Assembly (NCBI GenBank): GCA_046052705.1
Contig: JBJOLU010000013.1
Span: 1 to 38,026, forward strand
DNA from: Bacteroidota bacterium
GTDB lineage: Bacteria > Bacteroidota > Ignavibacteria > Kapaibacteriales > NICIL-2
Length of the DNA: 38,026 nt
Direction of reading: 5' to 3'
A model generated the notes under the pieces. The model worked only from the letters and a program-made list of their open reading frames with translations. It searched no databases and was not told the DNA's origin. A program made the translations under genes and the position numbers. Below are positions 16,860-25,741 of the stretch, piece by piece (within the stretch, counting starts at the first letter, position 1; each line of letters starts with the position of its first letter).

Positions 16860-18047
16860 TTATCCTGCATGCAACGATTCAACACACTCGCGCAAGCGCG
16901 CTACCCCGCGATGAATGTCGACATCTGCGGCGGCAAATGAAATACGCAAGAAGCCGGGAGCACCAAAGGCCTCGCCCGGAACAGTGGCGCAGAAGTGTTG
17001 CTCAAGTAAACGCTCGGCAAAAGCGTGCGCGGTGGGTACCTGCTCGGTAAGGATATCGCGAAGATCGATCCACAAATAAAAAGCACCGTCGGGCTGCAAG
17101 ATGCGGATGCCCCCGATTGCATCCACAAGTCCACAAACCAATTCCCGACGGCGCCCAAATTCCACTCTCATACGTTCCACATCGCTGTCCGCGTGGAGCA
17201 GCGCTGCCAGCGCAGCGCGCTGAGCAATAGAGTTTACGTTCGATGTGTCCTGACTTTGAACCTTTGCGGCTTGAGCAAACAGCTCGGCCGGTGCGTTCAT
17301 AAATCCTACTCTCCAACCCGTCATTGCATATGCCTTGGAACAGCCGTTCACAGTTACAACACGATGTGCTATGGAAGCAAAGGACCCCGGGCTTACATGG
17401 GGCACGATGTTGTAGTGAATCTTCTCGTAGATCTCGTCGCTGATGATAAAACAATCATGCGACTCAAGTACGCTGATCAAGCCCTGCCATTCCTCTGCGG
17501 TATACATCATACCGGTTGGATTACACGGCGAGTTCAGAATGATGCACTTTGTCTTTGCTGTTAACGCATCACGTATCTGCTCCGGCTGAACTTTGAAACG
17601 CGACTCCGGAGTTGTGTGCACCACTACCGCGGTGGCTCCCGCAATGGAGATCATTGCAGGATAGCTTACCCAATAGGGCGCAACAACGATTACCTCATCA
17701 CCCGGATTACACATCGCCGAAAGTGCATTCATGATGCTATGCTTGGCTCCGGTAGAGATAAGCACAGTGGAAGCATCTGCACCAATGATCCCGTTTTCAC
17801 GGCGGAACTTGGCTGCTACCGCTTCACGCAATTCAGGAATACCGTTCGAATCGGTGTAATGACTGAAGTCGCTTTCAATGGCCTCGATTGCTGCATGCTT
17901 GGCGCAGGACGGCGTGGGAAAATCCGGCTCTCCCGTAGCCAACGAAACAACATCCTCCCCTCGTTGTTTCAATTTCTTCGCACGCGCAGCAATAGCTAGA
18001 GTTTGAGACTCTGTGGCAGCAATGATACGTCGTGAAAGACTCTGCAT
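16860..18047 (-). CDS. Class I/II PLP-dependent aminotransferase (aspartate aminotransferase-like)
   Basis: ORF 16860-18095, with internal ATG 18047 preferred (MQSLSRRIIAATESQTLAIAARAKKLKQRGEDVVSLATGEPDFPTP). It has the PLP-lysine motif NGCSKAYAMTGWRVGF and NSPCNPTG. Confidence 0.88.
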   Translation of the reverse strand: MQSLSRRIIAATESQTLAIAARAKKLKQRGEDVVSLATGEPDFPTPSCAKHAAIEAIESDFSHYTDSNGIPELREAVAAKFRRENGIIGADASTVLISTGAKHSIMNALSAMCNPGDEVIVVAPYWVSYPAMISIAGATAVVVHTTPESRFKVQPEQIRDALTAKTKCIILNSPCNPTGMMYTAEEWQGLISVLESHDCFIISDEIYEKIHYNIVPHVSPGSFASIAHRVVTVNGCSKAYAMTGWRVGFMNAPAELFAQAAKVQSQDTSNVNSIAQRAALAALLHADSDVERMRVEFGRRRELVCGLVDAIGGIRILQPDGAFYLWIDLRDILTEQVPTAHAFAERLLEQHFCATVPGEAFGAPGFLRISFAAADVDIHRGVARLRECVESLHAG

Positions 18048-18158
18048 GATGAACGTTTTTATGATCCGGTGATCGTATGACTTTTGCATCTGCATTGCAA
18101 GCGTGCAATGCTGCTCGCTGTTGCGTTTACATCATTCATACATTTCGTTCGGAACAAT

Positions 18159-20303
18159 TTAGTGCGCAACGATGAACGTAGAGAAGAAGATTTTTTCCCC
18201 AACGCGAAGTCGTGCCGTGTACACGCCCGATGCCATGGCTTGAACCGATAGCGGCATGGTATACGTTCCGGCATCGGTAGTGCCCTGTACCGGCGCACTT
18301 ACACATCTGCCCTGCTCATCCCAAATGTCCACGGCAACACGCGCGCTTTGGTCTACCGTATAGCGCACACTCAGGGTTTCGCTTCCCGTGGCCGGCTGCG
18401 GAAACACCGATATAGCGGGCGCATCGCTTGGGCCTGCAGAGCTATTGTTGTCCTGCACCGAAACGATAACGCTCCCTTGCGGCTTCATGCACAACAAGGT
18501 TTGATCTTCATCAATAATCATAGTGTCGGGAAGAAACGGCACGCGCACGGTAACCGTTTGCTCCAACGAATCATTGAGCAAAAGATAGTCGAAGGTATCG
18601 CTTGAGTATCGCGCGTGGAATCGAAGCGGCACCGGCATCACAAACAAAGGCGGAGCCGCACTTGTGGGACCGGATTTCTGATTGAAACGCAGCACCACAT
18701 CTGCTTCATCTCCAACACGTGTTACCGACTGCACGGTGGCGGTGTAATAGGGATGGCCCGCGCTGTAAATCCATTGATCAAAAAACTGACGGAACGATAC
18801 TTTGGGGTTGGGCACGAGTTCCTCCCACAGCGCCAAAAAGTCTTCTGTTTCTACCGATTGATAGGCGAAGCGCCGCATGTATTCTCTCATCACAGAGAAA
18901 TACGTGCTGTCTCCCACCAGCGATCTCAACATGGAATACACCCATCCGCCTTTTACATAGGTGGTGCCGTAGTTAAAAAGATTATTGAATGGCACGTAGT
19001 AGATGGCCGGCTGTGCTGCGGCTTCATCACTGCCGAAGTACGATCTGTCTCGGCGCTGGGCAAAGTCGGCGCGCGCCGCTTTGATGCCCTGCTGCTTCTC
19101 GATCCACAAAAATTCTCCGTAGGTAGCGCCGCCCTCGTTCAGCCAAATATCGCTCCACGTGGCGCATGTAACCTTGTCTCCCGTCCACTGGTGCATGAGC
19201 TCGTGTGCTATCACGCCTTCCCATCTATCCGTAAGTGCGCGGCGATTGTGCGTTGTATTCGTTTGATGCTCCATCGCTCCGCTGAAGTAGGGAAACAGTA
19301 ATGTTTGAGCGTAGCTTTCGAATGGATACTCACCATAGCAGGCAGAGAACCTCTCCATCATGCGCACGGTACTTTCCTGCATCCACAGCAGATTGTCCGC
19401 AAAGCGCGCGGCATCGGCTAGCCATAGGTACACCGGTGCCGGCACCACTTGCGTGCTGTCGGTAATGCGGCGATAGGGAGTGCCATCGTATCGCGCCCAC
19501 TTAGACGCGCACACCACCATGAGGTAGGTTGGTATCGGAGACTTTCCGGACCATGCATACAATTCACCGTCGCTTGTCTTATCATATTTGACCAGAAGGC
19601 CGTTCGAGCTGACGTTATATCCGGTGGGAACAAGTACTGTGATAGACGCAAACGCTTTATCGTATGAGCGATCGTTGCATGGCATCCATGCGCGAGCGCC
19701 GTTGGGCTGGCTCATGGTGTACGCGATATTGGCATACACGGTATCGGATGCTGTTTTGTTTCCCAGCACACCGGCGGGAGTAGCCACAAAACCGTTATAG
19801 TCGCCGGGGTTCGACAAACTCACGTTGGTGTAGTGAACAACCAGTGTGAGCGTATCGCCCGCTCCCCGCGGACCAACGGCAATATCTACCGAGCCTTTTG
19901 TTTGCTTGTAATCCTTACCGGCAAGCGTGCCATTTACAAAAGCCGAGTCGATGCGCAGATCGCTAACATCCAGCGATATCGTGCTTGTATTTGCGGAATC
20001 TATGCGAACGCGAATGGTGTTCCTGCCCGTGTACTCACGAGAGCCCACACCGGTCTGTGTAAGTGGCTTGCGCCAATCCATAAACAGATTGTACGAGAGA
20101 ACATCGTACGGCCGGCGCACAATGGCCGATGGTCGGCGCGATTGTATCATGGGCCACGTTGCAGTGCCGCGCACGTGCTCGTGCATTGCATGTTCGCTCG
20201 ACGGCGTGAGTTTTCCTTCGCCCTGCAAAAGGACATCGGGAATGGTTTGCGCGCCGGCATGTACAGCGCTAAGGAACAATACAGTCAGAAGAACAGCTTT
20301 CAT
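18159..20303 (-). CDS. M1 family zinc aminopeptidase with T9SS C-terminal sorting domain
   Basis: It has the exopeptidase motif SGAMEHQ, the zinc motif HELMHQWTGD and the downstream WLNEGGATY. The start is set at ATG 20303, giving the signal peptide MKAVLLTVLFLSAVHAGAQ. The tail is T9SS-like (...SVFPQPATGSETLSVRY...GVYTARLRVGEKIFFSTFIVAH). Confidence 0.88.
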   Translation of the reverse strand: MKAVLLTVLFLSAVHAGAQTIPDVLLQGEGKLTPSSEHAMHEHVRGTATWPMIQSRRPSAIVRRPYDVLSYNLFMDWRKPLTQTGVGSREYTGRNTIRVRIDSANTSTISLDVSDLRIDSAFVNGTLAGKDYKQTKGSVDIAVGPRGAGDTLTLVVHYTNVSLSNPGDYNGFVATPAGVLGNKTASDTVYANIAYTMSQPNGARAWMPCNDRSYDKAFASITVLVPTGYNVSSNGLLVKYDKTSDGELYAWSGKSPIPTYLMVVCASKWARYDGTPYRRITDSTQVVPAPVYLWLADAARFADNLLWMQESTVRMMERFSACYGEYPFESYAQTLLFPYFSGAMEHQTNTTHNRRALTDRWEGVIAHELMHQWTGDKVTCATWSDIWLNEGGATYGEFLWIEKQQGIKAARADFAQRRDRSYFGSDEAAAQPAIYYVPFNNLFNYGTTYVKGGWVYSMLRSLVGDSTYFSVMREYMRRFAYQSVETEDFLALWEELVPNPKVSFRQFFDQWIYSAGHPYYTATVQSVTRVGDEADVVLRFNQKSGPTSAAPPLFVMPVPLRFHARYSSDTFDYLLLNDSLEQTVTVRVPFLPDTMIIDEDQTLLCMKPQGSVIVSVQDNNSSAGPSDAPAISVFPQPATGSETLSVRYTVDQSARVAVDIWDEQGRCVSAPVQGTTDAGTYTMPLSVQAMASGVYTARLRVGEKIFFSTFIVAH

Positions 20304-20373
20304 GATCAATCGCGTCTCTTTAGGTATCACAAATTGTTTCGTAGATCTCGGTGCCGTATACACCGCGTGGATG

Positions 20374-20781
20374 CTATTCGGCAGCCGATGATCTCTTGTA
20401 AAATACAGCGCCTCGGACGGCAAAGATCAACGCCAGCACACCGGTTTCTGTTTGCAGTAAATCTTCCAGAGATGGCCTCATGCCTTGAGCGTACACCTGT
20501 ATGGAGTTAATCGTTGCAGGCACTTCAATGAGTACAACAAGCGTAGTAATGGCAAGAGCAACTTGAAGAGCTTGGTGCTTTCGTTTGTCTGAAACACTCA
20601 ACACGGCAAACGCAAAGAGCACCAGCCCGCATACCAGTGGATGAACAAACACCCAGCTATGCACTGTTGGCGCAATTTTCTCCATCAACGGTAGGTTCAG
20701 CGAAGCAACCTTTGTGGAAGAGAATCCGTAACCGCCCAGGGTAAGGAACACAAAGCTGAGAATCATGGAGAATGCTGTCAT
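20374..20781 (-). CDS. Hypothetical small membrane protein (about 4 TM)
   Basis: 135 aa, made up mostly of hydrophobic helices (ILSFVFLTLGGYGF, WVFVHPLVCGLVLFAFAVL, ALAITTLVVLIEV, GVLALIFAVRGAVF). I recognise no family. Confidence 0.5.
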   Translation of the reverse strand: MTAFSMILSFVFLTLGGYGFSSTKVASLNLPLMEKIAPTVHSWVFVHPLVCGLVLFAFAVLSVSDKRKHQALQVALAITTLVVLIEVPATINSIQVYAQGMRPSLEDLLQTETGVLALIFAVRGAVFYKRSSAAE

Positions 20782-20890
20782 AGGCGATCATTGGTGAGAC
20801 GGGGTGGACATTGCCGTTCAAATATAGTTATTGTAAATTTGACCTGCCTGTCACCGGGCTCGCCGGGGTTTCACCAACTACACAACCACC

Positions 20891-21385
20891 ATGAAGCATC
20901 TATCATTGCTCTTGATTACGGCTCTTTGCATTGCATATACATCGTGCACCAACACCACAGAGTACCAGGCAGACCAGCTCAATATCGGCCAGCTCTCAAG
21001 CCAGGCGGGATACGCGTGGTTCGCACAGGAAGCGGGTCGTTACACGCCCACTGCTGTGGATGTTAATGCCATACGCGCAGCATATGCTGCAGCCCCCTTC
21101 ACTACCTACATGTACGTAAATCCGTCGTGCACCTGCAACGGTACACAGAAGCATTTTCCCAGACTGTACAGCGCACTCAAGGCAGCAGGCATACCCGATT
21201 CCTCGATGGTTGTGTTCAGCATGCTCAATACCACTACCCCGCAGCCCTACTCGGATAAGTATCCGGTGCGTGTTCTGCCTACCTTTTACTTTGTGCGCTC
21301 TGCTACTGCTGATATACGAAAGGTGGAACCGCCCATCGATTCGCTTACCCGCATCGATTCATTGGTGGCTATCGCGCTGAAGTAA
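20891..21385 (+). CDS. Lipoprotein, possibly thioredoxin-fold
   Basis: 164 aa. Lipobox signal peptide MKHLSLLLITALCIAYTSC. The segment YMYVNPSCTCNGTQKHFP followed later by VLPTFYFV has the spacing of the thioredoxin-fold active site and cis-Pro loop, but with CxC rather than CxxC. The fold assignment is tentative. Confidence 0.5.
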   Translation: MKHLSLLLITALCIAYTSCTNTTEYQADQLNIGQLSSQAGYAWFAQEAGRYTPTAVDVNAIRAAYAAAPFTTYMYVNPSCTCNGTQKHFPRLYSALKAAGIPDSSMVVFSMLNTTTPQPYSDKYPVRVLPTFYFVRSATADIRKVEPPIDSLTRIDSLVAIALK

Positions 21386-21491
21386 TTGAATCAGAGCAGG
21401 CAGAGTAAGTAGATGAATCAGCTCAAGCAGTTGACGCTGACCTTCAGTCTCAACTTCTTTACAGCCCACTTGTCCATTCAATCTAGCACCT

Positions 21492-21899
21492 ATGGCATAC
21501 TGGCTTATAAAATCCGATCCTGAGGAATACTCGTTTCACGATCTGCGTAAAGACAAAAAGACATCGTGGACCGGTGTGAGGAATTTCGCTGCGCGTAATA
21601 ATCTTCGCGCCATGAGCAAGGGCGACGAGCTGCTTGTGTATCACAGCAATTCAGACAAAGCCGTTGTGGGCACCTGCACGGTAGCAAAGACCGCCTACCC
21701 CGATCCCACTGCCACGGAGGGAGATTGGTCTGCTATAGATATCCGTGCGGGAGAGCTTCTTGCAAAGCCGGTAACGCTTGCAGAAATGAAGAAAACTCCT
21801 GCTTTGGCGAACATCGGATTAATTACCATTGGCCGGCTATCCGTGATGCCCCTCACGGACGATGAATATGCTACCATCATGGCTATGGCAAAAAAATAA
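21492..21899 (+). CDS. EVE (PUA-like) domain protein
   Basis: 135 aa. MAYWLIKSDPEEYSFHDLRKDKKTSWTGVRNFAARNNLRAMSKGDELLVYHSN is the characteristic EVE/DUF55 N-terminus. Confidence 0.8.
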   Translation: MAYWLIKSDPEEYSFHDLRKDKKTSWTGVRNFAARNNLRAMSKGDELLVYHSNSDKAVVGTCTVAKTAYPDPTATEGDWSAIDIRAGELLAKPVTLAEMKKTPALANIGLITIGRLSVMPLTDDEYATIMAMAKK

Positions 21900-21950
21900 G
21901 CCCACCCTGAAAAACAAGGCGGGCTCACAAACAATGTACGTGAGCGCTTT

Positions 21951-22319
21951 CTAAAGCGCGTTACGCATCAACATATACACAAGCACTACGACGAGCGCTG
22001 TCATCTCCACACCGCGCGGCAGCTGTACCGGAGCCGGTGATATACCACGCCACCAAGCGTATACAGTTCGCCAGCAAGCCAAGAGAACCAAGGGCAGAAC
22101 CACAACACTGAGCACATTGAAATGCAATGCTTGCTCTATGTGCCCGTGCAGGAGTTCGTGAGCGGCGCGAGTCATGCCGCAGCCTGCACATTGAAGGCCG
22201 GTAACTGTATGCACAGGGCACAGCCATAGCGTATGCGCCGACGGATTCACCGTATACAGCAATGCCGTCAGTGCGCACAATGCGCCACCAACGAGTATTG
22301 ATCGGGCGCGAAGTGTCAT
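21951..22319 (-). CDS. DUF2752-like membrane protein
   Basis: 122 aa. The Cys motif CPVHTVTGLQCAGCGMTRA is followed by TM helices. Its start overlaps the stop of the upstream gene (TAATG). Confidence 0.7.
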   Translation of the reverse strand: MTLRARSILVGGALCALTALLYTVNPSAHTLWLCPVHTVTGLQCAGCGMTRAAHELLHGHIEQALHFNVLSVVVLPLVLLACWRTVYAWWRGISPAPVQLPRGVEMTALVVVLVYMLMRNAL

Positions 22320-22744
22320 TATACTTGAGGCGCTTGCTGCGCTGAATATTGCTCGGGCGCCGGATAGCGTTCGTACCAGCTGTTGATCTCCGATTGCTCA
22401 ATACAATGAGCCACAATGCTCAGGCCGGTAATGGAGAGAATAACAAACAGAAGCGGATAATTTGTTTCAACCTCAAAACCGTTTCTGCGCTGCACTTCGT
22501 TCAAACTACGAGCCACGATATACTCTGTGTAAATAAAGTAAATGCCACAGGTAACGAGTCCAATGCCCAACCATTTCCAAAACGAGAACTGATAGCGGCC
22601 AAGCCATGCATTGTAAATCTCAAAGCGGCGATTCTGCCATATCAAACCGTAAATGCCGCAGGTAATAATGGAGAGAATGATGGCCCGCACTATGCCCGTC
22701 ACGGCTAGCTCTTTGGGATATGGGTAAGAATATGGATTGCTCAT
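22319..22744 (-). CDS. DUF4234-like membrane protein
   Basis: 141 aa. It has duplicated TCGIYxxxW/Y hairpins (ITCGIYGLIWQNRRF and VTCGIYFIYTEYIVARSLNE). Confidence 0.65.
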   Translation of the reverse strand: MSNPYSYPYPKELAVTGIVRAIILSIITCGIYGLIWQNRRFEIYNAWLGRYQFSFWKWLGIGLVTCGIYFIYTEYIVARSLNEVQRRNGFEVETNYPLLFVILSITGLSIVAHCIEQSEINSWYERYPAPEQYSAQQAPQV

Positions 22745-23030
22745 GAAGAACTACTGGAGATGTGGAAGAATGGTTGACGGCTTATTCGACGTTTCGATAG
22801 GTAAAGTTGCGGGCGCAGAATTAATGCGTCGTAGAAGTAGGTACGCTGTAGTATCGTAGCTGCAGTAAAATAATCATACGATTAAAATATCACCAAGCTG
22901 AGCTCTTTCTTCGCGAAACAAATGACATCGTTTTCTCTCTCGTAATTACTCAATTGCGGGCACAATATTGGCAATTAATTACTATCGGCCACGGAATTTG
23001 CCCCCCTCCGTCCATTCCCTACCCCCACCG

Positions 23031-25286
23031 CTACCTTGCCACAAGCACACACACCTTTTTACCGTTTTCTTTAATCATGCGCTGCTCGCGCACGCGGCCC
23101 GAACCCATAATGCGCACTGCCACATTGCGAGCATGCAGAATTGTTACTGCGCGCCGTACGCTCAGGCCGCGCACATCGGGAATGTAGTCGGTTTGTGGGG
23201 TCTGCGAAGAGCGTGGCATTGGTTGCTGCGAGGTTAGAGCTCCTGCATTCTGCTGAGTGCTCTGCCCGCCCGAAGGCGCAGCCGCTATTTGCGTGGGCGC
23301 TGTACCTTGCTGAGCGGATGTAGTACCCTGCTGCAAGGATGTAGCTGCGGGTGCTGTTGCGCAGCGAATGCTCACGGCACTGCCGGGTGCCACACGCGTT
23401 CCGGGCGCGGGCCACTGCTGCTGCACTACGCCACTTTCGCTCTCTGCATTTACCCGCAGAAACTTGCTACGCAATAATTCTTTGGCATCGTTTACCACCA
23501 TGCCGCGAACGTCGGGTATGATACTGCTATCCACGGCTCCCGAGGGAATCTGCACGCGGGATAGTGCGGGAAAATCCTCGTGCACCGAAGGCGTAGAGAG
23601 AATGCGTTGCACAATGGATCTGAAAATTGGCGCGGCCGTGCGCCCGCCATAAATATCCGTCTTGGGTTTATCAAGCATTACCAGTACCACCAGCTCTGCG
23701 CTGTCGGCCGGAAAGTATCCTATAAACGACGCGGTGTATGCTTGCTTGCTGTACTTGCCTTCTACAAGCTGCTGAGCTGTGCCTGTTTTGCCTGCGATGC
23801 GTAATCCCGGTACGCGCGCTTCCACACCCGTGCCGCGGTCCACTACCGAACAGAACAGGTCGGACAATTGCGCCGAGGTTTGCGCGGACACCACCTGGCG
23901 AATGCGCTGCGGCTGATACTCGGCTACGCGCTGCTGATTGTCGTCCAGTATTCCCCGAACGATATAGGGCTTCATCATCACGCCCTTGTTTGCCACCGTG
24001 GCATACGCTCCTGCAAGCTGCAACGCTGTGGCTGCCATCTGGTACCCAAAACCCATGAAGAGCTTTGTGGAATAGTCGTACTCCGCCGGTGTTTTAAGAA
24101 TGCCGCGCGCCTCGCCCGCCATTTCAAAACCAATGGGAATGCCAAAGCCAAAATCTCGTGTCACCTTGTAGAAGTCACGGTCTTTCATACTGCGCGCAAT
24201 GTTGCCAAACACAATGTTGCTGGATTTCTCCAACGCCTGGCGAAGTGTACACACGCCAAGAGGCTCGTGATCACGCACCACGGTGCCGTCTTTCAATTGC
24301 AGCACACCATTCAATCCATTCACCGTGGCTGCAGCATTGATTACACCGTACTCCAGAGCGGCGGCGGCGGTGATAAGCTTGAAGGTTGATCCCGGCTCGT
24401 ACATATCGGTGATGCCGCGCAAGCGCATGGCGTCGGGCGATGATTGATGCACGGCATTGGGATTGAACGATGGCGCTGATGCCATTGCGAGAATCTCTCC
24501 TGTGCGCGGCGAAATAGCAATAGCAATACCGCCCTCCGCACCGGCTTTGATTAACCCGTTTTGTAATTCTTCTTCCACTATTGCCTGTAGCTCGGCATCG
24601 ATCGTCAGCTCCAGAGAGTATCCGTTTCTGGCGGGCTTCGAGGAAGCACCTACAATTTGCCGCAAGTGGTTCTTGGCATCGCGTTGCATCACCTCGAAAC
24701 CCGCTTCACCCCGAAGCAAAGAATCGTAGGCAAGTTCCAGCCCCACCAAGCCCCTATTGTCCACATCGGTGCAGCCCACAAGCTGAGCTGCCAAACTACC
24801 CAGCACATAATTCCGCTTGGGCTCGGTGAGCCGTATAAAGCCAACATCGTTGAGTGTATCAAGGGCTGCTGTTTGGGGCGATACTGTTAGGCCTCTGGCA
24901 AGCCACACGAAGTTTCGTTTAGAGCCGGCACGAATTTTTGCCATCAACGAATCGGCCGAGCTGCCGCTCGCCGCCGCAAGCAACGCGCAAATGCGCGCGG
25001 GGTTCTGCACCATCTTGGGATCTACAGCATACGACACACTCTGCACGGACGAAGCAATAGTGCGCCCTTCGCGGTCGAGTATCATACCGCGCCATGGCCG
25101 CAAACTGACAGTTACATCGTATTGCTTTCGGGCGCGTTCCCGGTACTCCGAAGAATTCAACACCTGCACCACGAACAAGCGCACTGCCACTGCCGCCAAA
25201 CCTGCAAGCAAGAGCAAAGCAAAAATGCGCAAACGCCAAGGTGTTCGCGACGATGCAGACTGCTGTTCGTTTCCTTCGTGTGTCAT
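23031..25286 (-). CDS. ftsI: Class B penicillin-binding protein (FtsI/PBP2x-type transpeptidase) with two C-terminal PASTA domains
   Basis: 751 aa with an N-terminal TM anchor. Transpeptidase motifs are STFK, SSN and KTGT. Two PASTA-like modules are present (IIPDVRGMVVNDAKELLRSKFLRVNAESESGVVQQQWPAPGTRVAPGSAVSI at about 23358-23525, and YIPDVRGLSVRRAVTILHARNVAVRIMGSGRV at about 23034-23189). A Gln/Thr/Ala/Ser-rich linker separates them. It is preceded by ftsL. Confidence 0.88.
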   Translation of the reverse strand: MTHEGNEQQSASSRTPWRLRIFALLLLAGLAAVAVRLFVVQVLNSSEYRERARKQYDVTVSLRPWRGMILDREGRTIASSVQSVSYAVDPKMVQNPARICALLAAASGSSADSLMAKIRAGSKRNFVWLARGLTVSPQTAALDTLNDVGFIRLTEPKRNYVLGSLAAQLVGCTDVDNRGLVGLELAYDSLLRGEAGFEVMQRDAKNHLRQIVGASSKPARNGYSLELTIDAELQAIVEEELQNGLIKAGAEGGIAIAISPRTGEILAMASAPSFNPNAVHQSSPDAMRLRGITDMYEPGSTFKLITAAAALEYGVINAAATVNGLNGVLQLKDGTVVRDHEPLGVCTLRQALEKSSNIVFGNIARSMKDRDFYKVTRDFGFGIPIGFEMAGEARGILKTPAEYDYSTKLFMGFGYQMAATALQLAGAYATVANKGVMMKPYIVRGILDDNQQRVAEYQPQRIRQVVSAQTSAQLSDLFCSVVDRGTGVEARVPGLRIAGKTGTAQQLVEGKYSKQAYTASFIGYFPADSAELVVLVMLDKPKTDIYGGRTAAPIFRSIVQRILSTPSVHEDFPALSRVQIPSGAVDSSIIPDVRGMVVNDAKELLRSKFLRVNAESESGVVQQQWPAPGTRVAPGSAVSIRCATAPAATSLQQGTTSAQQGTAPTQIAAAPSGGQSTQQNAGALTSQQPMPRSSQTPQTDYIPDVRGLSVRRAVTILHARNVAVRIMGSGRVREQRMIKENGKKVCVLVAR

Positions 25287-25397
25287 TCCTCTAGTGGGGC
25301 TTTGTTCCGGGCTGCCGGCTGTTGGTTAATCGTTGGTGGTTGATTCTCGCCGCATGCTCGCGACGCTTGCCTTCGGTAGACTCTCCATTCAGCGCAT

Positions 25398-25703
25398 TTA
25401 ATCTTCAACTTCTTTGGATTCCTCGATGGGGAAATACTCCACCATCATGGGGGCATTGGTGGGTTGAACCAATTGCAAATGCTCCCGCGCCACTTTGGTG
25501 ATTCGCTCGGACGACTCAAGCCGCAACACCTCGTTGCGCAGGGCGTTGTTCACCGACACCAAAGAGTCTCTGGTGTATTCCATGGAGCGTACTTCTGCCA
25601 GCAGCCCGTTAACCTTCACCACGTTGTACACGGAGAACAGCGTGATGCCGGCTACAAGCACGATAAGTAAGAAGGTATATCCCGGCGTGAGAAACTTTTC
25701 CAT
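25398..25703 (-). CDS. ftsL: Cell division protein FtsL-like
   Basis: 101 aa with a single N-terminal TM (YTFLLIVLVAGITLFSVYNV), then a coiled-coil (LLAEVRSMEYTRDSLVSVNNALRNEVLRLES) and SERITKVAREHLQL. It lies directly upstream of ftsI. Confidence 0.75.
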   Translation of the reverse strand: MEKFLTPGYTFLLIVLVAGITLFSVYNVVKVNGLLAEVRSMEYTRDSLVSVNNALRNEVLRLESSERITKVAREHLQLVQPTNAPMMVEYFPIEESKEVED

Positions 25704-25741
25704 AAAGAAAACTGATTATGACGTTTATCCTGGTTGCGCCG

